Shown here one piece after another: positions 19,308 to 27,998 of a stretch of 48,137 nucleotides of DNA; within the stretch, counting starts at the first letter, position 1, and the number at the start of each line of letters is the position of its first letter. The stretch comes from a virus (taxonomy: Duplodnaviria > Caudoviricetes). Both the position numbers and the translations under genes were made by a program. Location: IMG/VR virus record IMGVR_UViG_3300011438_000004, positions 1 to 48,137 of that record, one strand, 5' to 3'. Below the pieces are notes generated by a model that ran no database searches, was not told where the DNA came from, and worked only from the letters and a program-made list of their open reading frames with translations.

Positions 19308-19769
19308 TTAAGTGCTAACTTCCTTCTTCACAAACCTCACACTCGTGCTCTCCGCATACCCATCCTTCTCCGGCTGCACCGCCGTCTTCGTTGTAATCTG
19401 CTGATTCACCAACGTTTCGATATTGAACGCTGCTAGCTTAATGCTTTTGCGTCCCTCTTCACCGAAGACTGCATCCAACAGCAGTGCCACGTCTCTGCCG
19501 ATCATCTCTCCGGTGCGTTTGTCCGTTGGAGTCAATCCAATGCGGTGCGTGTGCTTAAACCCAGCAGTAACTGCGGCACCGTTCTTATCCACCGCGTCAA
19601 CCATCAACTCCAACCCGATCACCAACAACTTACCCTTCTTATCATTGGTGTCCTTGATCTCCGCAGACTTAATCATCCATGGATAAATCCCAGGCTGTAA
19701 CACCGGATAGTCCGTGTTGACTGTTGTCAAATCAAGGTCTTGCAGACTTTGTAGTTCACCTAATTGCAT
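19308..19769 (-). CDS. Putative ssDNA-binding protein (DUF669-like OB fold)
   Basis: DYPVLQPGIY..IKSAEIK pattern; lies after the Sak4-like ATPase and nuclease, as in typical phage recombination modules. Confidence 0.7.
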   Translation of the reverse strand: MQLGELQSLQDLDLTTVNTDYPVLQPGIYPWMIKSAEIKDTNDKKGKLLVIGLELMVDAVDKNGAAVTAGFKHTHRIGLTPTDKRTGEMIGRDVALLLDAVFGEEGRKSIKLAAFNIETLVNQQITTKTAVQPEKDGYAESTSVRFVKKEVST

Positions 19770-19920
19770 ATTTAGTTTGTTTGTTTTCTAACGACTTGGT
19801 TTGCTGCGTCGTTGGCAGTTCGAGCGGTTGCTCAAATAATCCGCGGCACCAAAAGCATTTGCCAGTAAATATGGCGAACCCGAGGCATTGGGTATTTCGT
19901 CTACGCGACGTATGCGGATG

Positions 19921-20769
19921 CTATGGTGCTGCGGTTAAAGCTATTGGACCGGTGATTATGTTGTCGGTCTTTACAGAAATTACTGATTCAGGAACTGGCA
20001 TCGACGGCTGCACAGTCTTTGCCTTCACTGCATCAAGTGCGTCCTTAAACGCTTTAGTCGTAAACTTAAACTCAGCTGGAAGTCCAAGTGAATTACCCAA
20101 TGCCATCTTCGATGTCGGTTGAGTTCTTACAAAATACCTAGTCTCTATCTGGTTCTTGCCCATTACTTGTTTGGTCTCCGTTCTCCATACATCAGTGAAC
20201 AATCCTCCTATATTGTTCTTCAACTGCCCCGGAATAAGTGGCCTATGCACAAACGTCCCAGACTCCTCATCTTTGTCCGATTCTTCATGCATAATCAAAA
20301 CCGTTAACTTTCCACTCGCTCTACACGCCATAATCAATCTCGTCCACAAATCTCTAAACGGCATCCACATACTTTGGTCCATAACCTTGATTCCTCCTAC
20401 CATGAGTGTGGTCTTTGCCGTGCTCGGAAACTGTAAAATATGCTCGATCAAAAACGTGCTTAACGAAGACCCAGAGTCAATCACAATAGTCTCTACTTCG
20501 GGCGAAACCCACGCTTCTTTGAGGCACTTAACCGCATTCTCCCATCGTTTAGGGCCTTCGATTGGACCTCCCGCCGAGTTCCTTAGTCCATTATCCCAGA
20601 AGAACTTCTTCCCCGGATGACGCTGCACTGCATTAGCTAATTTGTCGTCAGCGTCAAAGAAGTATGGACTAGGAAACTCCATTGCTACATTAGTCTTCCC
20701 ACTAAGAGGCGGACCTATTAGCAAGAGAGCAAAGTTAGTTTGCGCTACGTATTTATCAGATGATTGCAT
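19921..20769 (-). CDS. AAA_24/Sak4-like ATPase (recombination)
   Basis: LLIGPPLSGKT Walker A, IVIDSGS Walker B, LIMHE, FTDVW. Confidence 0.82.
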   Translation of the reverse strand: MQSSDKYVAQTNFALLLIGPPLSGKTNVAMEFPSPYFFDADDKLANAVQRHPGKKFFWDNGLRNSAGGPIEGPKRWENAVKCLKEAWVSPEVETIVIDSGSSLSTFLIEHILQFPSTAKTTLMVGGIKVMDQSMWMPFRDLWTRLIMACRASGKLTVLIMHEESDKDEESGTFVHRPLIPGQLKNNIGGLFTDVWRTETKQVMGKNQIETRYFVRTQPTSKMALGNSLGLPAEFKFTTKAFKDALDAVKAKTVQPSMPVPESVISVKTDNIITGPIALTAAP

Positions 20770-20771
20770 AG

Positions 20772-20790
20772 GTTGAGGCTAGTAAATAGC
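20772..20790 (+). repeat. Dispersed motif copy 4, GTTGAGGCTA-GTAAA-TAGC
   Basis: Perfect consensus, intergenic. Confidence 0.9.
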
Positions 20791-20795
20791 GAAGA

Positions 20796-21062
20796 CTATA
20801 TTGGAATTGGGCGCGGAGTTGGCACTCCTGGACCTGGCGTAGGGACTGGTTGTATATTAGGGTGAACGGTTGGAGAGTTAGGACCAAATGGATTTCCGAT
20901 TATCCAACGATACCAAGTCCAGATGTCGTCCATATAGTAGGAGTGATATGAGTGATCTGATTCGTCATACCAAACGAATACAGTCGCGCGATTACTTGCT
21001 ATTGATCCGATTAGGATTACTGATACTGCGATTAGAATTCTAAGTGCTATTCTCTTTTTCAT
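20796..21062 (-). CDS. Small exported/membrane protein with a Pro-rich tail
   Basis: MKKR plus a hydrophobic stretch, and a PVPTPGPGVPTPRP C-terminus. Confidence 0.55.
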   Translation of the reverse strand: MKKRIALRILIAVSVILIGSIASNRATVFVWYDESDHSYHSYYMDDIWTWYRWIIGNPFGPNSPTVHPNIQPVPTPGPGVPTPRPIPI

Positions 21063-21063
21063 T

Positions 21064-22095
21064 TTAGTCTGCGTTTAATGGAGACCATGTAGTATTTTTG
21101 TAGTCTCCTGTGTTTAGATAGATTTCTCGCTGATTTGGTGGCAGGGCGCAGACTCCATAGTAGTCGCACTTACGTCCCCATTTGTTTATGCATGAGACTG
21201 TGCGCATTGGAAAGTCCCAGTATTCTAGCATGGAAAAGAAGTCAGCTAAAAGGGAGAGAGTGTTGTCTCTCCATTCGTCGACTTGGTATTGAGGGATGGG
21301 GATTTCACGACGTCCGAATTCTATACCTTTGCCAGTTTTGGTGGGCTTTCGGATAGCTAGGACGTTGACTATGACGCCTTCAACTTGAGTCTTGAGAACT
21401 TCTTGTAGTGCCCACTTGTAGCCAGAGAATTGTCCATGAAGATTGAATTGATCGAAGTAGTTTGGACCGAACATTGAAGTGGATTTGTGGTCAGGGAACC
21501 AGATTTTGCCTGACTTACGGACTATAAGGTCGATCTTGCCCATCCAGACTATGGGAATTTCGGTGTATTCGGTTAATGAAATGAGCTTGTTGTCTGGGTC
21601 AGAATCGTCAACTGAAGTCAAAAGCATTGGTTGCGGAAGGACTACTGTGCCGAGGGGAACGGCGAATGGAAGTTCGACCAAAGGAACGTTTATTTTGTTT
21701 AGTGGGTCCTTGGGGTCGGTTTGTGTCATGGTTAGAACTTCAAAGTCTTCATAAGGGTATTCGAGGCAGTAGAGCCGCATGACTTCGACAGCGTATTCGA
21801 GATTGCGCCAGTCGCCCGGTTCGCAGGGGAGTTTGGCTAAAGACGTTGAACACGCTTCCATCATACCTTGGAAAGAGTCCATAGCCATTCCTCCGTTGCG
21901 ATAGCGGATGGCAAGTCCAGCGTGGCAGGAGGAACCAAAGTTGAGTGCTGAGACGTCGCCATTCCATTGTCGTTTGTGGATTAGAGCATAGAGAGCTTCG
22001 CGTTCGCAGCGGAATAGGTGCTCGAACGAGGAGTTGTCGATGTAGAAGGCTCCGTTGCGGAGTAAGGGAGGCAGTAAAGAAAGTTTAGCTGTCAT
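21064..22095 (-). CDS. PD-(D/E)XK nuclease, Cas4/AddB-like
   Basis: FGSSCH, GKIDLIV..DHKST, QFSGY, and an N-terminal Cys plus C-terminal C..CDYYGVC. Confidence 0.85.
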   Translation of the reverse strand: MTAKLSLLPPLLRNGAFYIDNSSFEHLFRCEREALYALIHKRQWNGDVSALNFGSSCHAGLAIRYRNGGMAMDSFQGMMEACSTSLAKLPCEPGDWRNLEYAVEVMRLYCLEYPYEDFEVLTMTQTDPKDPLNKINVPLVELPFAVPLGTVVLPQPMLLTSVDDSDPDNKLISLTEYTEIPIVWMGKIDLIVRKSGKIWFPDHKSTSMFGPNYFDQFNLHGQFSGYKWALQEVLKTQVEGVIVNVLAIRKPTKTGKGIEFGRREIPIPQYQVDEWRDNTLSLLADFFSMLEYWDFPMRTVSCINKWGRKCDYYGVCALPPNQREIYLNTGDYKNTTWSPLNAD

Positions 22096-22101
22096 AGGCT
22101 A

Positions 22102-22120
22102 ATATGCTATTGGCTGAACT
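22102..22120 (-). promoter_or_regulatory. Repeated upstream element AGTTCAGCCAATAGCATAT (copy A)
   Basis: Identical 19-mer at 27901-27919 and 16/16 match at 29972-29987; all are upstream of leftward genes. Confidence 0.65.
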
Positions 22121-22127
22121 TGATTGG

Positions 22128-22598
22128 TCAGAAGTTAAGATACTTATTGACATCAATCGGAGCTTGGGCTTGTGGAGCTGGCGATTGCTTAGTGCGCTTA
22201 GCTTTTATGGTAGCTGCTGCACCTACACCGTGTTCGGCATCAAGTATCTCGCCGTCCTTTTTTAACCTTGCTCCTAGGGACTGGGGAGACTTTCTTAGTT
22301 CGCGGATCCTTTCCACATAAGCTCTTTGTTGTTCTGTTGTCATCTGAGATGGGTCCAGTCCCACCAGACGATACAGAGGTAACTCGGAGAAAACAATCGC
22401 GGAGACGTTTAGCTGCCCCAACTGGGAGGAGTTCGCAGAGGACGTCGAACTCGGCGGCGGCAGGATTTGAGGTTGAGCTTGCTCCTGATGTAAAGTCGGT
22501 GTTGATATAACCGGAGCGGCAGGCGAGGGCGACATGGAAACGGTCGAGTTCGAGACGACTATTGATTCCGAGCCGTCGAAGGGTGTTGCAGAATTCAT
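22128..22598 (-). CDS. Hypothetical protein (start uncertain; overlaps the upstream ORF)
   Basis: Plausible helical C-terminus DPSQMTTEQQRAYVERIRELRKSPQ; low-complexity N-terminus. Confidence 0.5.
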   Translation of the reverse strand: MNSATPFDGSESIVVSNSTVSMSPSPAAPVISTPTLHQEQAQPQILPPPSSTSSANSSQLGQLNVSAIVFSELPLYRLVGLDPSQMTTEQQRAYVERIRELRKSPQSLGARLKKDGEILDAEHGVGAAATIKAKRTKQSPAPQAQAPIDVNKYLNF

Positions 22599-22791
22599 GT
22601 ATTAGATTAGAGGTAACTAGTTGGATGGTGCCACGTGATAAGCTGACGGTTTTTAGGAGTTCTTCGTCTTGTTTGCAGATGTTAGCGTTGAGTCTATAGC
22701 GATCGTCGTTGACTGAGATAGATGAGTCTAAAGTTGGATCGGGGACACGTTGACCAGAGACAAAGAATGGTATTGGTTTAGTTTCGTCCAT
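22240..22791 (-). CDS. Hypothetical protein
   Basis: 183 aa, coupled to the upstream gene; the 3' part overlaps 22128-22598 in another frame. Confidence 0.5.
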   Translation of the reverse strand: MDETKPIPFFVSGQRVPDPTLDSSISVNDDRYRLNANICKQDEELLKTVSLSRGTIQLVTSNLIHEFCNTLRRLGINSRLELDRFHVALACRSGYINTDFTSGASSTSNPAAAEFDVLCELLPVGAAKRLRDCFLRVTSVSSGGTGPISDDNRTTKSLCGKDPRTKKVSPVPRSKVKKGRRDT

Positions 22792-23203
22792 TTAGTGTTT
22801 GGGATTTTAGTGTAGCGTCTTTATAAGACTTTACGTCGATTTTTATATCGAATAGTTCATCTCGAATGTCGAAAATTACAGTGTTGTTTTGTTTAATCGC
22901 AGTTTCGCTGTCTATTATGCGAATTGCCGCTGTTATTCGGATCGCACTAGAAGCCGCTATTTGGATTTCGTAAAACGGAATTTCGTCTTTGGTGTCTTTG
23001 TTAAACATAGGACTATAACAAAGAACTATAACGCTATTTGGGGTTAAGGTTTCAACCATTGCTGTGTGAAATACGCTATTAAACCTAGAAAGAATTACCC
23101 AAGGTATTTTGGCGAATATGATTGGGTTAATAATATAGCGACCGACCCGATCTTCGTTTATGGGATCGGCGGACTCTTCGTCAATTAAAGTTAGTTCAGG
23201 CAT
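22778..23203 (-). CDS. Hypothetical protein
   Basis: 141-aa ORF in the operon. Confidence 0.55.
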   Translation of the reverse strand: MPELTLIDEESADPINEDRVGRYIINPIIFAKIPWVILSRFNSVFHTAMVETLTPNSVIVLCYSPMFNKDTKDEIPFYEIQIAASSAIRITAAIRIIDSETAIKQNNTVIFDIRDELFDIKIDVKSYKDATLKSQTLNGRN

Positions 23204-23205
23204 AT

Positions 23206-23907
23206 TTAGAATAGAACGTAATGCGTGGTCTCGTCAATCACTGCGACGTCATAAGACTCGTCGAGAGTGTTGAGAAGCTCACGAAATTGATTGTTGGTTG
23301 TTTCGTTTAGTGGTTTGGCTATGCGAAGTTTACCTAGGTTACTAAGACCAAGAGCAACTAGAGCACAGTAGGCTGTGACAGCAGTGCGAAGTGCGTCTAA
23401 GTCTTGAGCCAAAAGCTCCATTGGAACTAAAAGTCCCGCGGAGACTGCTGATGGAGTTTCAGTTGGTTGGTTTAGTAAAGGAAGAAGGCCTACAAGAGGA
23501 ACGGTGTTTTGATAATGGTCAATACGTTCTTGTCTCGCGTCGACTGGAGGTAGAACCGTAACTTGTTTTGGTCCGATAAGAATAGCGCGCTGATCGTTTG
23601 GATCGAGGACGGTGACGATTGAGTTCAATGCGCCCGTCATTGTATTAGGGTTGAACCAATTTGTAGGCCATTTGTATAGTCGAAACGAACGAATGGCATC
23701 ACGAAGTCTGGAGACGAAGGTGACGCAACGTAGCCCTGAGTCAGTCCAGATTATTTTTATTGAGTTTGGATAAGAAACTACAGCGTTGTTGATTATCGGT
23801 TCGAATCGACGAAACGCAGTTTCGCTTAGTTCTGGTCGTATGTTATGTGTTTCAGCGGTTCTCATAGTGTGAGTGCTCTTGAAGCTATACATCCAAAGCA
23901 GTCGCAA
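23206..23907 (-). CDS. Hypothetical protein (true start may be further downstream, e.g. MRTAETH)
   Basis: Long ORF with no recognisable motif. Confidence 0.6.
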   Translation of the reverse strand: MRLLWMYSFKSTHTMRTAETHNIRPELSETAFRRFEPIINNAVVSYPNSIKIIWTDSGLRCVTFVSRLRDAIRSFRLYKWPTNWFNPNTMTGALNSIVTVLDPNDQRAILIGPKQVTVLPPVDARQERIDHYQNTVPLVGLLPLLNQPTETPSAVSAGLLVPMELLAQDLDALRTAVTAYCALVALGLSNLGKLRIAKPLNETTNNQFRELLNTLDESYDVAVIDETTHYVLF

Positions 23908-23922
23908 GTTTTAGGATGTCGC

Positions 23923-24324
23923 TCATTGTGACTCCTTCCAGGCGGTGAGGATGGCGTGGAGTGCGTCGTTGGCCTTAGCCCATGCCACGAACATCGACGG
24001 GCTGACTTCAGGATGCGGTGCGGCAGAAGAGAGTAATGTCACCAGCGCCTCCAGCGCGGCACGCTGCGCTTCGAGAACGCGGCGGTAGTGGGTGCCTGCG
24101 GAGGCGCAAAGGGCCGCGTTGCGAGTGTCCTGTTCGTTAGTCGGGTGATCACCTCTGAATATAGCGATACCTTCTCCGTTTGGTCTGCCGTTAGGGACTT
24201 TCGCGTAAATCCATGCGTGTCCTTCGTTGTCCCACGGTCCCGCTGTCGCCACATCGCACTTGGCGATTTCGGCGTCAATCCACGCGAGATAGGCGGTTAG
24301 GTCGGATTGGAGAGTGGTGGTCAT
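23923..24324 (-). CDS. Ead/Ea22-like hypothetical protein
   Basis: ATAGPW ... RNAALCASA resembles the Ea22-like KATPGPW ... NAxFIAAA pattern. Confidence 0.55.
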   Translation of the reverse strand: MTTTLQSDLTAYLAWIDAEIAKCDVATAGPWDNEGHAWIYAKVPNGRPNGEGIAIFRGDHPTNEQDTRNAALCASAGTHYRRVLEAQRAALEALVTLLSSAAPHPEVSPSMFVAWAKANDALHAILTAWKESQ

Positions 24325-24638
24325 AACGGGCTGTCCGGGAACAGGTCGGCGATGGATTGGAGGGTTTCGCGGCTTACTTGATTCCCGCGAACTTGCATAT
24401 CTTGATGTAGCACTCGCAACCCTTCAATCGCCAGCACCATGCCTTGCAGCAACGGTGTGGAGAGGTTCACGATGCGGACGATGAAGAGTCTGTCATTCTT
24501 ATACAGGTCAACCCATTCGCAGTTAATAAAGTTTCCGTCCGTTGTCCACTCCCCCTGCGTTACATTCTCGCGCTCGGCGAGAACCTGTCGGATAGTGGCG
24601 AAGATGGCGTCGAGCTTGGTGTTGAGGGTGTCAGTCAT
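24321..24638 (-). CDS. Ead/Ea22-like hypothetical protein (possible paralog of the neighbour)
   Basis: ENVTQGEW ... NDRLFIVR; similar layout; ATGA-coupled. Confidence 0.5.
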   Translation of the reverse strand: MTDTLNTKLDAIFATIRQVLAERENVTQGEWTTDGNFINCEWVDLYKNDRLFIVRIVNLSTPLLQGMVLAIEGLRVLHQDMQVRGNQVSRETLQSIADLFPDSPL

Positions 24639-24799
24639 AGGTGACGTGTGTGTTTCAGGAATTCGAGTAGTAGCGGTTCGTTTTCGCGCATATCAAAATC
24701 TAGTTTGTAAAGTTAAGACTGCACTGAGCCTATGACCTAAACCCAGTGCAGGGTTTAACTTCACGCGAGGACAGCCACGAAACCTCGCGCTAGTTAGAA

Positions 24800-25567
24800 C
24801 TAAACCAAACTGCCGTATTTGTCCGCAACCAACGCTTCTTGCGCCTTGCGTTCTGCGTCCTCCAGTTGCTTCATCTTGAAGCCAACTGCCTCGACCTTTT
24901 CTTCGTCGGTCGATTCTGGCAGAAGTTGCACTCCATAGTGCTTGATGAACGCGTCCAACTTTCCTTTGGACTGGATCGCAAGTGCAGCCTTGCGATAAAC
25001 GTCGGGAAGTTTCTTTGGTCCACCAACTTTGCGTTCTGCGCGAGTTGGGTCGAATCGAATCAACGGCTTGGTTTCTCCGTTGACTTCTTCGACCGCAGAC
25101 ATTATTTCATCGAGTATCGAAGCAAACTCAACTGGAGCTAGGAGTTCTGAGACTCCTCGATCCTTTGCTATTTGCGCTAAAGTTCCGTCAACATACTTAC
25201 CTTCCGATTCGTCGTAAACTTCAATTGGTTCTTCTTCTCCAGCGTCGTTCTTGCGGGTGCGGCCAGATATTTTGACCTTGCGCTTGATATTAGTTTTTGC
25301 TTCGATTCGTTCACAAAACTCAGATCGGAAGTCAGCCAAAACTCCTCGATAGATTTCATTGTTGACTGCTGACTCGGCCCCGGCGCCAGAGCGCTTGGCT
25401 AATTGGTCGAACTCGATAATAGCAATTAATCCTTGCAAACTTGCTAAGTCTGCTTGAGCAATGTGCGAAGTTATCTGGCTGCGTAGAACTTCGGAATCGG
25501 TTTCATTTGTTCCCGGAACTAGAATAGTTAGAATTACTCCGAGGGATTTGAACTGGGCGTTTTTCAT
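24800..25567 (-). CDS. Hypothetical protein (charged, 255 aa)
   Basis: Long ORF with an A-rich leader, followed by hairpins at ~24718-24790. Confidence 0.7.
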   Translation of the reverse strand: MKNAQFKSLGVILTILVPGTNETDSEVLRSQITSHIAQADLASLQGLIAIIEFDQLAKRSGAGAESAVNNEIYRGVLADFRSEFCERIEAKTNIKRKVKISGRTRKNDAGEEEPIEVYDESEGKYVDGTLAQIAKDRGVSELLAPVEFASILDEIMSAVEEVNGETKPLIRFDPTRAERKVGGPKKLPDVYRKAALAIQSKGKLDAFIKHYGVQLLPESTDEEKVEAVGFKMKQLEDAERKAQEALVADKYGSLV

Positions 25568-25687
25568 TTTGTAGTTAAACGAGACCTTGGATCAGCTTAG
25601 TCTCAATAGCCGCCAACATAAGATTCTAGCAGTTGGGACACTAGTTCGCGCGATTACCGTCGCTCGTGGTCGGTTTGGACTTTAACT

Positions 25688-25861
25688 CTATTCGAGCTTC
25701 TTTCCAAGATCGTATGCTTTCGGCTGAACTGGCTTAGTGATAAGTTGCTCTGTTGGCGATGCTCCGTGCGCAACATATCTAGGAACCATATAGGTCGGAA
25801 TTGCTACCATTCGCCCGTTGTAGAACAAAGTAACAAATACTATCATTAGGTAGGTTTGCAT
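25688..25861 (-). CDS. Small hypothetical protein (57 aa, MQTYLMIVF...)
   Basis: ATG 25861 with leader AAAACTAAAATG; the longer 26086 start is a shadow of the GDGY repeat. Confidence 0.5.
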   Translation of the reverse strand: MQTYLMIVFVTLFYNGRMVAIPTYMVPRYVAHGASPTEQLITKPVQPKAYDLGKKLE

Positions 25862-25868
25862 TTTAGTT

Positions 25869-26105
25869 TTAGTAAACATAAACATAACCATCTTCATTGT
25901 CATAGTCATTGTCATAACCATCGCCATAACAATTACCATAACCACAGCCATTGCCATAACCACTGCCATCGCCGTCGCCATTTCCATCTCCATAACCATC
26001 ACCATAACCATCACCGTCGCCAAAACCGTCACCATAACAATTGCCATAACAATTGCCATCGCCGTCGCCATATTCGCTATAACCAAATGTTAATAACCAG
26101 TGCAT
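25869..26105 (-). CDS. Gly-Asp-Tyr repeat protein
   Basis: (GDGY/GNCY)n low-complexity protein next to a DUF6948-like gene, a pairing often seen in phage early regions. Confidence 0.6.
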   Translation of the reverse strand: MHWLLTFGYSEYGDGDGNCYGNCYGDGFGDGDGYGDGYGDGNGDGDGSGYGNGCGYGNCYGDGYDNDYDNEDGYVYVY

Positions 26106-26389
26106 GGCACAAGGTGAATAACCGCATGCATTGGAACTATCACAGTTCCAATCTTGTCAAGTTTGGTTTCATTCAAAGGGCCGTTAACTAATTCTCCTAG
26201 TCCATTTTTAGTTCCCCAATATCGAATATTACTAGCTTTATCAATTGTTAAAAAATAATTGTCAATTGTTACATCACCAACATAAACAAAGCCTCGATCA
26301 AGCACAACAATATGTTGTCCGATAGCTTTCTTTTGGGATGTAGTTTTTGATTGTAATAGCAAGGTTAGTTCTTCGTTTGTTATATTCAT
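26090..26389 (-). CDS. DUF6948-like small beta protein
   Basis: IVVLDRGFVYVG..ASNIRYWGT..GLGEL..GP..KLD pattern. Confidence 0.6.
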   Translation of the reverse strand: MNITNEELTLLLQSKTTSQKKAIGQHIVVLDRGFVYVGDVTIDNYFLTIDKASNIRYWGTKNGLGELVNGPLNETKLDKIGTVIVPMHAVIHLVPCTGY

Positions 26390-26410
26390 TATGGTTTGTT
26401 TTTTCTATTA

Positions 26411-26429
26411 GTTGAGGCTAATTATTAGC
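26411..26429 (+). repeat. Dispersed motif copy 5, GTTGAGGCTA-ATTAT-TAGC
   Basis: Perfect consensus. Confidence 0.9.
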
Positions 26430-26580
26430 TTCGACGGCCTTCAAAGTCGATGTCGCGGCCTTTGCGTCGTTTGGCTACGTCTCGACGAGCTAGGGTTTGT
26501 AAATGAGAAGATCGCCGTGGCATCGCTATGCGAAGAATGAGTAGGGTTACGAGGAGGTTTAGGAGTATTACTGTGGTCAT
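26425..26580 (-). CDS. Small membrane-anchored basic peptide (51 aa; not in ORF track)
   Basis: MTTVILLNLLVTLLILRIAMPRRSSHLQTLARRDVAKRRKGRDIDFEGRRS. Confidence 0.45.
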   Translation of the reverse strand: MTTVILLNLLVTLLILRIAMPRRSSHLQTLARRDVAKRRKGRDIDFEGRRS

Positions 26581-26584
26581 TGCG

Positions 26585-26794
26585 TTAGTGTGTTTGAATA
26601 CAACATTGTTGTTTGGAGTCGAAAGTGAACTCGCGCGCCTTGGAGTTTAACGGAGAGCCTTCGGAAGACCAACAAGAAGCGCAGGTAACAACCTGAACTT
26701 TGACTCTGCGTGAGTAGAATTGGTAGATACGTTCGCCGTGGATGCGTTCGTGTTCTTTGCCGCAGAGTGCGCATTGAGCTGGTAGCCAGTGCAT
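26585..26794 (-). CDS. Small zinc-ribbon protein
   Basis: CALC ... CASC. Confidence 0.5.
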   Translation of the reverse strand: MHWLPAQCALCGKEHERIHGERIYQFYSRRVKVQVVTCASCWSSEGSPLNSKAREFTFDSKQQCCIQTH

Positions 26795-26802
26795 TGAATT
26801 GG

Positions 26803-27621
26803 TTAGATACAGTCTTCGATTTCGGCTAGAAACTCAGCTTTGGTTAGTTCGCGTCCGTGTCCGATGGAACGTTCCTTTTTCTTGGTGTTAGTCGCAATCA
26901 AAGAGTTGACTCCTTCGAGGGCTGCGGACTCGAGACGCTTGAGATGAATGAGTTCAACACGAAGTTGATCGCCTGAGATGATTAGTGCCATTTCTCCGTC
27001 GTGGTAGAGTATACGGATTGAACCTAAAGGTTCGTTGTGAGGGACGTAAGCAGTGAATGGGACGTTAATGCCATCAGGTTCGCGCCAGACTTCCCAGTTT
27101 TTGGGTGATGGAATGCCAGCGAGTTCAAAGGCTAGTTGAACTGGATATAGGTATTCGTGTTTGATTCCATTTTGGGAAGTGTAAACTAGCTGGTTGCAGT
27201 GGTTAAGCACCGGAGTGACGGTTTTGTCGAGTGATGGAAGATTAGCATTAACTGCTTGAGATAGAAGCGGAATGTCATCTTCGAGACGAACAAGATTGAT
27301 TGAATGCGCAGGGTTAGCTATCCACGCGGCTAGAAGAATGTTGTCGATGACATCTGAACTTGGTTCTATTGGGACTTGTAGACCGCTCCAAATGCCGTAC
27401 TGAAGAAGGGTTTTGCTAATCGGGAGAATTCGCACTGCAACATTCCATGTTGCGTTAGAGGTTAGTAGCCGGAGAGTTTTAGTTGCGATTTTAACGTCAA
27501 CTTTATTGAGTTCGCTAGTTATGTATATGCTAGCCCATTTAGTTGCCTCTTCGCGCGCTTCGCAAAATGTATTACTATTGTCGATTAAACGTGCGAGGAT
27601 TTGATTAGTTGTAGGTTTCAT
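26803..27621 (-). CDS. Hypothetical protein
   Basis: 272-aa ORF, ATGA-coupled. Confidence 0.65.
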   Translation of the reverse strand: MKPTTNQILARLIDNSNTFCEAREEATKWASIYITSELNKVDVKIATKTLRLLTSNATWNVAVRILPISKTLLQYGIWSGLQVPIEPSSDVIDNILLAAWIANPAHSINLVRLEDDIPLLSQAVNANLPSLDKTVTPVLNHCNQLVYTSQNGIKHEYLYPVQLAFELAGIPSPKNWEVWREPDGINVPFTAYVPHNEPLGSIRILYHDGEMALIISGDQLRVELIHLKRLESAALEGVNSLIATNTKKKERSIGHGRELTKAEFLAEIEDCI

Positions 27622-27842
27622 GCGCAGTATTTTACTAATGGTAGCATATCTGGTTTATGCACTAGTGAAGCTGCGCACTTTTTGCCTAGTAACCATATGC
27701 CCAACACATGTTGAACTTTATGATTATCAGCAACTAGTCTTATTGCTTCGTTTGGAGTCTTGGCGTAAACGAACTTCAGCTCGGCGCCTGTTGAAGGCGC
27801 ATAGCGAATGAAGTATTTGAATTCAACTATGTATATATTCAT
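27618..27842 (-). CDS. Hypothetical protein
   Basis: 74 aa; IYIVEF..VYAKTPNEA pattern common in small phage early proteins. Confidence 0.55.
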   Translation of the reverse strand: MNIYIVEFKYFIRYAPSTGAELKFVYAKTPNEAIRLVADNHKVQHVLGIWLLGKKCAASLVHKPDMLPLVKYCA

Positions 27843-27900
27843 TGGTTTTGTTTCTAAGGTTAATTTTGCTTTGGGGGTATTCTATACTTCCGCTATCTAT

Positions 27901-27919
27901 ATATGCTATTGGCTGAACT
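27901..27919 (-). promoter_or_regulatory. Repeated upstream element (copy B)
   Basis: Identical to 22102-22120; lies just downstream (- sense) of a terminator. Confidence 0.65.
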
Positions 27920-27941
27920 AAATGAGTGAAGACTTGGGATA

Positions 27942-27982
27942 TAAAAACCCAAAAGCCAGAGAGTTTTTAGGCTCTCTGGCTT
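27942..27982 (-). terminator. Intrinsic terminator (- strand)
   Basis: Stem AAGCCAGAGAG (27953-63) / CTCTCTGGCTT (27972-82) followed by T-tracts on the - strand. Confidence 0.75.
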
Positions 27983-27998
27983 GATGTTGGTTTTGGTT

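Noticed and set aside
21064-22095. Cas4-like gene or dispersed motifs as a CRISPR system
   Set aside because: There is no repeat-spacer array or other cas gene; motif copies are kilobases apart, and the nuclease sits in a standard Sak4/SSB recombination module
25688-26191. His-rich (+) and Met/Val-rich (-) ORFs
   Set aside because: Alternative-frame shadows of the GDGY-repeat gene
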